Made by a program: the position numbers and the translations under genes. From positions 1,302,001 to 1,366,000 of the forward strand of contig OX597832.1 in the NCBI GenBank assembly GCA_951406725.2: 64,000 nt of DNA, read 5' to 3'. The notes under the pieces were generated by a model. The model ran no database searches and was not told the origin of the DNA. It worked only from the letters and a program-made list of their open reading frames with translations. The stretch comes from Octopus vulgaris. Its lineage: Eukaryota. Shown piece after piece: positions 1 through 10,223 of this stretch (positions are counted from its first letter, which is position 1; every line of letters begins with the position of its first letter).

Positions 1-137
1 TTGAAAGCCATACCAATGACCAGACTGAATGTCACTGCATTGTACCAAAGAACCTATCCTCTCCATTTAGATTAGGGACACTACTGTAACACATTATTTA
101 CATTTGACAGATATTTATCCTCATCTTGTTTGTTGTT

Positions 138-183
138 AACACAATGTTTCAGTTGATATACTCTCCAACCTTCATCAGGTGTC
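138..183 (-). ncRNA. Minimal type I hammerhead ribozyme (CpG-decayed copy)
   Basis: Minus strand: GACAC-CTGATGA-A-GGTTG..CAACT-GAAA-CA-TT-GTGTT. Confidence 0.6.
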
Positions 184-271
184 TTGGGGAACTTTCGAAC
201 CTGGGTTCTCATTCCTAAGGTATTTTTCGTTGTTGTTGTTGTTGCTGTTGTTGTTGCTGTTGTTGTTGTTG

Positions 272-312
<41 letters not shown>

Positions 313-315
<3 letters not shown>

Positions 316-1472
316 TAGTTTTATTTTTATTTTTATAGCGTGCTTTCACTTCACTACCGAGCGCAGCTCTGTGTGCCTTGGGTATGTGCTGTGATTTGTT
401 GTGATGCTCTGATGGTTATTGTATGGAAAGTGTTCTGCGTAGGATGTGTGCAGTGCCTAGTAGTGCAATTTTCTGTATGTTATATGTGTTTGTAAGTCCT
501 GGTGTTTTTGTTATGTATTTGTCTGAATATTTTTTTATCATGCCTAATGCACCTACTATGATAGGAATTGTTTCTGTTTTCAGATTCCACATTCTAGTTA
601 CCTCTATTTCCAGGTCTTTGTATTTTGAGAGTTTCTCCATTTCTTTTAGAGACACGTTGTCATCTGCCGGTACTGATACATCAATTAGAAAGCATTTGTT
701 TTCTTCATGGTCTCTGACAACTATATCTGGTCTGTTGGCCTTAATTTCTCTATCTGTGTGTATCGGCATATCCCAGAGTATGGTTGCTTTCTCGTTTTCT
801 GTGACCTTTTCTGGTGTGTGCCTATACCATCTTTTTTCTGTTATTATTCCATAATGTTGGCATAGCTTCCAATGTATGTAAGTTCCAACTCTGTCATGTC
901 TGTGAATATATTCCTTCTTAGCCAGGACTGGGCAGCTAGAGATAATATGATTTATTGTTTCTTGTCCATCTCCACATATTCTGCAGTTACTTGTAATATT
1001 TCTTTTCATTACATGTTTTTGGTAATTTCTGGTGGGGAGGCTTTGGTCTTGTGCTGCAATTAAAAATCCCTCTGTTTCTGCTTTGAGTCCTGAGCTTCTC
1101 AACCATTGCTGGGATTTTTCTTTGTCTATTTCTTTTGCGTTTAGTTTAGTCCAGTATTTACCATGAAGGGGCTTTTCTTGCCATCGTTTTATCATGGTTC
1201 GTTGCTGTTCTATTTTTAGTTTGGATTTCATTTTTTTTATAGCTTTTGTTGTTTCTTCATCTTCTTCTTCTTCATGTTTATTAGGTGGTATGATTTCTTG
1301 TTTGTATTTGTCAGCTTCCTTAAATACTGAGAACAGTTTTTTGTTTTGCTCGTGTTTTGCCGCTATCTGGATCAGTTTTCCTTCCGTCTGAAGTAGATAT
1401 TTTTGCAGTCCTATGGTGGTTATTTTATAGTAGTTTTCCAGCTGTATAAGGCCTCTACCACCTTCTATACGT
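313..1472 (-). mobile_element. 5'-truncated RLE non-LTR retrotransposon (R4/Dong-like) inserted in (TAA)n
   Basis: ORF 416-1231 has a CCHC knuckle (CRICG..ETINHIISSC), RHD, RPDIVV..IDVSVP and K..KY; TAA/CAA repeats on both sides. Confidence 0.9.
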
Positions 1473-1498
1473 TATTCTTCTTCTTCTTCTTCTTCTTC

Positions 1499-1540
<42 letters not shown>

Positions 1541-2772
1541 TCACTGACTGGAATCGAACTCAGAATCTTGGGGTTAGTAGCCCATGCTCTTAACACCATA
1601 TGCCCATTGGCAATTATGAAGTGAATTTTAGGGCTTATAAATCTAATATTTTCCTATCCTTCCTTAATACCGGTTCCCATATTTTGCTCAAATCTGCACT
1701 CAGTCTGCTTAGGAGGTTGATGTGTCCTAGCATATGTGCTGCTTCTTTTAGTTTTCGTATTTTCCAGTGGTGTTCTGTGTCTATTACTTTAACTTCATCC
1801 CACTGAGGGAGGTGGTCCCCATTTTTCCATACATGATCAGCTATACCAGATTTATCAATATCTCCCCATGTCACAGCTTTGCAATGTTTGTCTACCCTTA
1901 TTTTGAGGGGGCAGCATGTTTCGCCTTTGTATAACATACCACAGCTGCATGGGATGGAGTACACACAGTCTGTGGTCATATTCTCTTCTATTGGTGGTTT
2001 TACCCGAAGGAGATATTTGCGAAGTGTTGTATTACTTTTGAATATTGTCCTGATGTCATATGGGCCACATATCTTTTGTATTTTTTCGGAGAGGCCTTTC
2101 ACATAGGGTAGACAGACTGTAGACAGTTTATTGGTTTCACCCTCTCTTTTCTTCATAATTGGAGTAGATAGTATGTTTTTGGGGTAGTTGTTGCTTAATA
2201 GATTGTTACTGAGCTTGATCATTTCTTTGTGGTGGGTATCACGATCACAGCTTATATTCTTTGCTCGATGTTTTAGGCACTGAGCAATCCCTCTCTTTAC
2301 ACTGTATGGATGGTGGGAATTGAAGTTAAGGTATTGTCCAGTGAAGGTTGGCTTGCGGTATACAGATGTCCTGAATCCATACTTGGTGCATGTTATTAAT
2401 ACGTCCAGGAATGCTAGCTGATTGTCTTTTTCCTTTTCCATTGTGAACTGTATGGATGACTTTATTGGGTTCACATGATCTAACAGCACTTGGTCATCTT
2501 CCTGGTGGGGCCAGAGTATAAAGGTGTCATCAACATATCACAGCTATAGGGTTGATTTTAGTGGTGTTCTATTCTAAAGCCAAATTCTCAAAGAATTCCA
2601 TGTATATATTGGCTATTATTGGTGATAATGGTGAACCCATAGCTAAACCCTTTTCTTGTCAATATATATTAGTGTCCATACTGAAATAGGTAGTTTCTAC
2701 ACAGAAAGTCAACATTTCCATCAAGTTTCTTATTGGTATACTAGTGTGTTCTTTTAGATGGATGTCTGTCAC

Positions 2773-3554
2773 TAGAGAGATTGCTCAGTGCCTAAAATAT
2801 CGAGCAAGGAATATAAGCAGTGATTGTGATACCCACCACAAAGAAATGATCAAGCTCAGTAACAATCTATTAAGCAACAACTACCCCCAAAAACATATTA
2901 TCTACTCCAATTATGAAGAAAAGAGAAGATGAAACCAATAATCTATCTACAGTCTGTCTAGCCAATGTGAAAGGCTTCTCCGAATAAATGCAAAAGATAT
3001 GCGGCCCATATGACATCAGGACAGTATTCAAGAGTAATACAACACTTCGCAAATATCTCCTTCAGGTAAAACCACCAATAGAAGAGAATATGACCAAAAA
3101 CTGTGTGTACTCCATCCCATGCAGCTGTGGTAGGTTATAACCTACCACAGCTGCATGTCGTAGGTGAAACATGCCGCCCCCTCAAAATAAAAGTAGAGGA
3201 ACATTGCAAAGCTGTGACACAAGGAGATATTGATAAATCGGGTATAGCCGATCATGTATAGAAAAATGGAGACCACCTCCCCCTGTGGACTGAAGTTAAA
3301 GTAATAGACACAGAACACCACTGGAAAATATGAAAACTAAAAGAAGCAGCACATATGATAGTACACATCAACCTCCTAAGCAGACCAAGTGCAGATATGA
3401 ATAGCATATGGGAAATGGTATTAAGGAAAGATAGGAAAATATTAGATTTATAAGCCCTAAAGATTCACTCAATAATTGCCGATGGGCATATGGCATAGTG
3501 GTTAAGAGTGTGGGCTACTAACCCCAAGATTCTGAGTTTGATTTGAGGCAGTGA

Positions 3555-3611
<57 letters not shown>

Positions 3612-3780
3612 CAACAACAACATTGAAAAATACCTTAGGAATGAGAACACAGGTTTGAAAGTTCCTCAATTCACCTGATGAAGGTTGGAGGGTATATCAA
3701 CCGAAACAAGATGAGGACAAAGCTCTGTCAAATGTAAATAATGTACATAATTCCTCATCTCTTAAATATACAACTGTAAC
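2773..3780 (+). mobile_element. Inverted partner copy of the same Penelope-like element (thumb/GIY-YIG + terminal repeat with tail)
   Basis: Reverse complement of about 2295->91 (minus the LINE insert); frameshifted; ends with the extra tail ACATAATTCCTCATCTCTTAAATATACAACTGTA. Confidence 0.9.
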
Positions 3781-4075
3781 AGCTTAGGTTTTCAAGACTG
3801 ACAAACAACCTAAAAGCTCTACAAAATATAGATATGAATGTTTTAAAAAAAAATCTGGCCAAATTTATATCTAAAGTACCAAATAAACCCACATGATAAC
3901 AAGAAACGTAAAGAAGAGCAACTCCGTCTAACTCACTATTCCACTAGAAGCAGTTCTAGAAAGAAAGCTGGCAAGTAAGTGTGAAATAAAAGCTGGTTAC
4001 ACCAAAGCTGATGACCTAATGTGGATGCAGACTTCAGCTGAAACCACCAAAAGCAAACTAGTTTTGATAAAAATA
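3781..4075 (+). mobile_element. Degenerate CR1-like LINE 3' fragment (host of the PLE insertion; left part at 1-90)
   Basis: Joining 1-90 to 3781 restores ..YCNSLGFQ..FKKNLAKFISKVP.., which resembles a CR1 ORF2 C-terminus. Confidence 0.45.
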
Positions 4076-4610
4076 AAATAAAGATTTTCTCATTGTTTTG
4101 TACATTAACACATAAACATAAAATATACAGTGATTGTATAAATTACTAGCAACTGTAGATGTGAAGCAGTTGGGATAGAAACTCTATATTTTCATTAAAG
4201 ATGATATATGTAAGAAAGTTTTACAATAGTAGCATGTGATTCTCGTAATGATACTTGATAGTGAAAAGTATAATTACTTGGAAAGTAGATGTAGATTAAT
4301 GAAGTCTTGAAAGGATGAAATTAGGAGTCAGAAGAGAATGTAATACTATGGCTCATTGATAACATAATGTATTAAGATTCATTGACAGATGCTGTATTAT
4401 AAATGAATCTGACCCCTGTTATCATGAGGGAAAAATCCTGTATTCTTTTCTATTTAAATTTTTTTGATCATAGGTTATCAGTTCATAATACATAATACAT
4501 ATACATAACACTGTAAATGATACATAACATTATCTTTTGAAATTTAAAAGTAAATCATTCTTTTTGATACTTCTGAGAAATGTTATTGTAATACCTTCTC
4601 TTTCTTTCAG

Positions 4611-4629
4611 CAGATAATCTTTTTATAAG
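4611..4629 (+). other. Candidate non-coding (5' UTR) micro-exon of the SLC5-like gene
   Basis: CCTTCTCTTTCTTTCAG|CAGATAATCTTTTTATAAG|GTGAGC: strong pyrimidine tract, CAGCAG acceptor and consensus donor in non-repetitive-looking DNA. Confidence 0.4.
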
Positions 4630-6339
4630 GTGAGCATTTTTTTTCAAACTCCTCAGGATTCTAAATATGATTATATATTGCTTAATTTAACTAAATTTAA
4701 AAGGTTTTTTTTACTTGCCATTTGACTATGAAGATGCAGTATGCTGAAGGTATTCCAGTTCTCAGTGTACTCGTTTAAAAGACATTTTCAGGAACAAAAT
4801 ACAAATTTATGGCACATTAATCCCATAGAATAATTAAGGACTCAACAAATTCAAGTTGAAACACTTGCCAGATACACTATTCAGACTACTTTCAACAGTG
4901 AGCTCTGCCTCTCTACCTATTCTACAACTAGATAGTTTAAGTACAATTTTGATGATGAATACTGGTCACTAACTCTTTTTCTGTGCTGCTGACATTCTGT
5001 GAATTCAATCAGCTAGACTCCTCTAAATTTTCAGAAATTTCAGAAAAATTCATGTTGGTCTATTTATTTGTTCAATATAAAATGTTTAATTTAATCAGGT
5101 CTTTAAGTAGGCAGATGTAACATAACAGACAGAAGATTATAAGAGGATAACAGTTTTTCTTTATTATATATTCAAACTATTCTGTTATATCTACATTGTT
5201 TTCTTATACTTTTCAATTATTTAAACTATTTGATACTATATTTTTTATAATGTACATGTAAATGTAAATAACTATAAGTAACAAAATATAGTATCAAATG
5301 CTAAATCTAATATTATTGAACAGAACAGGTCCGAGTACTGAGTTTATGGTACAAGGTATATAATTTCTAGTGACCCATTATATGCAATGTAATTCTTATT
5401 AAATTTATTTATACTAATGAAATCTTACTTAATATATATGAACAGTCTTAGATTTGGCTTTCCAATATAAAGTGAACAACTTTCCTTACTGTGCAGTTGC
5501 AATTGATTCCTGGTATCATCTTTAAAAGTCTGCTACCTTCTTGTAATAGAGTTTTCTTGAGAAAATACAAAAATGGTTTCTTGTTTTAGCTTTAGTTGGA
5601 CATTTTTAAAAAGGCACTATATTGAAAGCTTGGTACAGATAAGTTTACTGCCTGGAAACTCATAAAGAACTGGAACAAATACCACAAAGTGTTTTGTGGT
5701 ATTATTTTGCTCTAATAATTCTATCAACTTGTCTTGAAATTTTGTTGATCATAAAAAAAATGAAAAGTGAAAATTGACCTCAGTGAGGTTTTAATTCAGA
5801 ATATAAAACTCAATACATAAAAGTTATTTTATTTTTGGCATAAGAGAGATCTTGAAGTCTGTTGGGCTGCTAAAACTGATAATTTCTTAATGTTTCTAGA
5901 TATTTCTGTTGTTGTTGTCTAGTTCTAGGTCATCCTTGACTGAGCAGACCTTCAGCTAAAGATGTTTCAGCAATCAATATGACACTGAACAAGAACAGTG
6001 TAAACAACAACAATAATGACAACATGTGTGTGTGTGTGTGTGTGTATGTAAGATTTAGAATGTAGTTGTTCTTGCTTTCATGCTTTACAGTCTCCAGTGA
6101 GTATCCCTTACACTAGGTACCACTTACCACGGACTACCTTCTTTAATAGCAGTGCTGAATACTTTTGTGTATATACATAAATATGTGTGTGTGTGTGTGT
6201 GTGTGCATGTATGTGTGCCTGTGTACATATATATATATAGGCATGTATACATATACAAACACACTCACAAGCATATATAAATACTTTTATATATGTATGA
6301 ATACATATGTGTGTGTATGTATATATATGTATATGTATG

Positions 6340-6385
<46 letters not shown>

Positions 6386-6668
6386 TTATTTACATACATA
6401 TATATATATATATATATTCGAAACATGGAGTAGTCGAAGCAGGAGCAGCTGAAGAAGGGGAATGTTCCTTGTGTTGTATGTCTTGTACTCTGTTTTTTTG
6501 TTGTTTGAAAAAGTCTGTTTCCATGTGTTTGTTTTTATGTTTTCGTTTCTCATAGTGTTCTACGTTTTTTGTGTGTCCTGTACCCATATATGCATGTATA
6601 TATACATATAAATGTAGGTATGTACATATATGCATGTATGTATGCATATGTTTTATTTATTAATTTGT

Positions 6669-6704
<36 letters not shown>

Positions 6705-6706
<2 letters not shown>

Positions 6707-7243
6707 TTATTTACATTATTTACATTTGATGGATATTTGTCCTCATCTTGTTTGTTGTTAACACAACATTGCGGCTGGTGCACCCTCCAGCTTTCATTGA
6801 GTGTCTTGGGGAAATTTCGAACCTGGGTTCTCATTCTTAAGGTATCTTTTCAATGTTGTTGTTGTTGTTCTTCTTCTTATTATTATTAGTAGTATTTATT
6901 CAGGTCACTGCCTGAAATCGAACTCAGAATCATGGGGTTAGTAGCCCGCACTTTTAACTACTACGACATATGTTAAGAGCATGGGCTACCAACTCCAAGA
7001 TTCCCAGCTCGATTCCAGACAGTGACCTGAATAATAATAATAATAATAATAACAACATTGAAAAAAAGTACCTTAGAAATGAGAACCCAGGTTCAAAATT
7101 TCCCCAAGATACCTGATGAAGGCTGGAGGTCATATCAGCCGAAACGTAGTGTTAACAACAAACATGAAGAGGACAAATATCTGTCAAATGTAAACAATGT
7201 AAATAATGTACATAATTCCTCATCTCTTAAATATAGAACTGTA
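6705..7243. mobile_element. Non-coding inverted pair of PLE terminal repeats (tRNA head-(TAA)n-hammerhead)
   Basis: 6705-6972 (-) and 6972-7243 (+) are reverse complements and match 3484-3780; only the right arm has the 3' tail. Confidence 0.85.
7108..7153 (+). ncRNA. Minimal type I hammerhead ribozyme in a PLE terminal repeat (best-preserved copy)
   Basis: GATAC-CTGATGA-A-GGCTG(gaggtcatat)CAGCC-GAAA-CG-TA-GTGTT: stems I and II pair, stem III is the palindrome ACGT, cleavage triplet GUA. Confidence 0.8.
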
Positions 7244-7324
7244 ATATATATATATATAAAATATATTTGCCAACTAAATGTGGTGGTCCTATAAAGGAGG
7301 GTGTTACTAATGTTTTTAGCCCCC

Positions 7325-7354
<30 letters not shown>

Positions 7355-7356
<2 letters not shown>

Positions 7357-7670
7357 ATAAAGGGTGAAATTAATTAATTAATTAATAATTATAATTTTAC
7401 CAAGTAGTTCGGTATATTAAAAGAACCATTATCGTTAAACTTATACATAAAATTTTATAATTATGAGTATAATTATAATTAGGGTTCAGCAAAAATTTGC
7501 TTCACCACATACCAAAATTTAGAAATAGCAGTTAAAACTATCTCACTGGGAGATTTACTTCTGATAGTGAAATAGTTTGTTTTAACTACTATTTCTAAAT
7601 TTCAGTATGTAGTGAAGCAAATTTTTGCTGAACCCTAATTATAATTATACTCATAATTATAAAATTTTAT
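7355..7670. repeat. PLE-tail-like repeat (AGGGTGAAATT...AGAAATAGC family) with a long fold-back
   Basis: Arms of about 90 bp (7447-7538 and 7579-7670) are near-perfect reverse complements; flanked by (TA)n. Confidence 0.75.
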
Positions 7671-7705
7671 ATATATATATATTTAAATTTAAATTTAAAT
7701 TTAAA

Positions 7706-8035
7706 ATGAGGGTGAGAAATTAGATATTAATTTAATTAACATCGATTTCACACCAGTGGTCTAGCATATAAAAAAACTGAAGGTTCAGTAGAATTGTATT
7801 ATATACATATTAGAGGGAAACCACTATGTAGACACCCTTATGCTAGAAATAGATCCACTATGGTCTTACCAATAAGAAATGTTCTCAAGAAAAATTCAGC
7901 AAAACAACCAAAACGTAATCGAGCAAGACAAAAGAAAAAGCAATAAAAATATGGATTATTCGCATACATGTTTCACTGTTAACATATTACATAATTTTAC
8001 TTACATAAATGTCCGTAAATCGTCGGTGTGACCGT
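7706..8035 (-). mobile_element. PLE terminal-repeat remnant with a degenerate hammerhead
   Basis: Same GAGGGTGA..CTAGAAATAG family; the minus strand at 8031-7960 reads TCACA-CCGACGA-long stem-GAAA-CATG-TA-TGCGA. Confidence 0.55.
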
Positions 8036-8036
8036 G

Positions 8037-8073
<37 letters not shown>

Positions 8074-8375
8074 ATAGGAGGGTATACCCAAAAGAAATTG
8101 GAATACTATTTTATTCACTTAGTTTTACATGTTTCTAGGTTTACTGACTTCAAAGTATTCTCCATTTGAAGCAATGCATTGGTCCAAATGCGTTTCTTAC
8201 TGTTTGAAGCAGTCCTGGAATTCTTGCGAACTGTTGTCTTTTAGTGCCTCTGTCATTTTTACTCCATCTGCAAAACGTTTTCCTTTAAGGACTTTTTCAT
8301 TTGTGGGGAACAAAAAGGAGCCACAGGAAGCAAGATCAGGTGAATAAGGAGGGTGGGTAAGCAGGGTCATGCTAG

Positions 8376-10223
8376 AGTAACAGGATCTGGAATCGGTATC
8401 ACTAAAGGGGTGTCCGATCCGATCCCGTCACATTCAATTTAGTTAGATATAACAGACGAAGTCAGGTTATCTGGGAAAGACAGAAAATGTTGTTTATTAC
8501 TCGTGATGGTGTACGTATTTTCTGAGGGGAAACGACAGCCGAATCTTTGTACTGCTTCTTGTTGGTTGATTGAAGTGATTCGATGTGGTCCGTTGCTAAG
8601 CCGGTGTAGAGTTCTCAGAGACTACCAAATGCACGTCTGTTCACGAGGGCTGAAAGGGCTAGAGAGAGTGAGTGAGTGGACTGTGCCTTAGGGGTCAGTT
8701 TCCCGCACATGCCAATGGGGAAGACTTCCGGTGGCCACCCGGAAGTAGTCCCATTCTGCGCATGCGCGCTGAACCTTACACAGTAGCATCACTACATGGC
8801 TCCCCCTCGAGTGCGGAAGTACGAAAACAAGAAAATTTGTAGTGGTGCTGCAGAAAAACAGATGGCTTGCCGATCCCCACAGAAGATTTGGTACACAATG
8901 TCATACAAAAAACAAGAAATTTGAAAGAAAGTTAAATATAAATTGTCTTTGAGAGTTTCTTGGGCCAATGCACTGTTCTGCCCGATCTTGTAACATACGG
9001 TGTGCTCGGGGCACCCGTTGACGGCGAAGGTGGTGTTGTGGGAGCCAGTGAAGGAAAAGGTGTCTGTGCAGGTGAAGGTGTTTGTGCAGGTGAAGGTGTT
9101 GTTAAAGGTGCATAGGTGGGTGTGGCAAAGTTGTCATCAAAAGATGAAGACGTCTCAAAGTATGCTTTCTTCAGTCGGTCCATGGAAACGGTCTCCGAAT
9201 GACCATTTATTTCAATTGTGAAAACCTTAGGTGTGCGAGAAAGCATACGGAAAGGTCCTTTAAAGGGAGAAACAAGTGGTCCCTTGACAGAGTCGTCCCG
9301 AACAAAAACATGCGACCAAGTGTCCATATCCGGTGGAAGATGGGATGGTGGAGATTGTTTCCTGGGAACCATGGGTGGAAGATTCGAAAAATAGGAACGC
9401 AGTCTGGCGACATAGGTCGCCGGATCATGGGGATGGGACGTGTCTGGCACCAACATCGTACCAGGCAATGCCAGTGTGGTACCATACAGTAGCTCTGCAG
9501 AAGAAAACCCCAGGTCTGCCTTGACAGCAGTGCGACAACCGAGAAGCACAATGGGCAGAAACTCAATCCAGGACTGTGGATCCGAGGAGGCACGAAGAGC
9601 GGCCTTGAGCTGTCTATGGAACCGTTCAACTAATCCATTAGACGCTGGATGATAGCTGGTAGTGTGAATATGATGCACACCTAAAATGCGCGACAATTCG
9701 CGAAATAGCTAAGCTTCAAACTGACGTCCACGATCAGTGGTCAATCTGGACGGAACTCCGAAATGGGAAATCCAGTTCGAAACGAAGGCTCGCACAACAG
9801 TCTCAGCAGAAATGTCTGCTATCGGAATGGCTTCTGGCCAGTGGGAGAAGCGATCGACACAAGTTAACAGATAAGAAAACCCGCGACTCACAGGCCATGG
9901 TCCAACCAGATCGATGTGGACATGGCAAAAACGGGCCTCCGTAGGGGGAAAATGTCCAAGCGGGGCACGAACGTGCCGTTGAATCTTGGACCGTTGACAC
10001 TTGTAGCAGGTGCGTGTCCATTGCTAAGCCGGTGTAGAGTTCTCAGAGACTACCAAATGCACGTCTGTTCACGAGGGCTGAAAGGGCCAGAGACAGTGAG
10101 TGAGTGGACTGTGCCTTAGGGTCAGTTTCCCGCACATGCGTATGGGGAAGACTTCTGGTGGCCACCCAGAAGTAGTCCCATTCTGCGCATGCGCGCTGAA
10201 CCTTACACAGTAGCATCACTACA
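8376..10223 (-). mobile_element. Internally deleted Ty3/gypsy LTR retrotransposon (CsRn1-like): partial 5' LTR, integrase, PPT, 3' LTR
   Basis: CTAG TSD at 8372-8375 and 10224-10227; 3' LTR 8376-8796; 5' LTR remnant about 10016-10223; PPT GAGGGGGAGCCA next to the LTR; integrase motifs [48 protein letters not shown]. Confidence 0.92.
8932..10015 (-). pseudogene. Ty3/gypsy integrase with a premature stop (TAG at 9709) and a frameshift
   Basis: ORFs 9709-9891 and 8932-9696 are in the same frame, separated by a stop; Pro/Ser/Thr tail with an 18-bp TPSPAQ repeat. Confidence 0.85.

Larger units (their letters stand above)
91..2772 (-). mobile_element. Penelope-like element (Poseidon/Penelope type), 5'-truncated RT + GIY-YIG, interrupted by an RLE LINE
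   Basis: Minus-strand translation gives GLAMGSPLSPIIANIYME, YVDDTF, FLDVLI, VYRKPT and CVYSIPCSCG..YKGET..RKLKEAAH (ORF 1635-2489); the 3' terminal repeat lies at 91-312 + 1473-1634. Confidence 0.9.

Noticed and set aside
423-854. 143-aa + strand ORF and similar antisense ORFs (20348-20734, 59258-59746)
   Set aside because: Antisense shadows of retrotransposon ORFs.
3484-3560. tRNA-like sequence as a functional tRNA gene
   Set aside because: No proper acceptor stem or 7-nt anticodon loop, no terminator, divergent multi-copy; it is a SINE-like head.
3670-3710. Active hammerhead in the + strand PLE copy
   Set aside because: A deletion after GAAAC removes the cleavage triplet and the 3' strand of stem I.
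6418-6480. CTGAAGA plus an upstream GAAAC as a permuted hammerhead
   Set aside because: Could not build convincing stems I and III.
6108-6889. Several ORFs rich in Y/I/C/V/H/T (also near 27280-27655, 50607-50925, 58079-58531, 61562-61973)
   Set aside because: They are translations of (TA)n, (CA)n and (CATA)n microsatellites with no coding signal.
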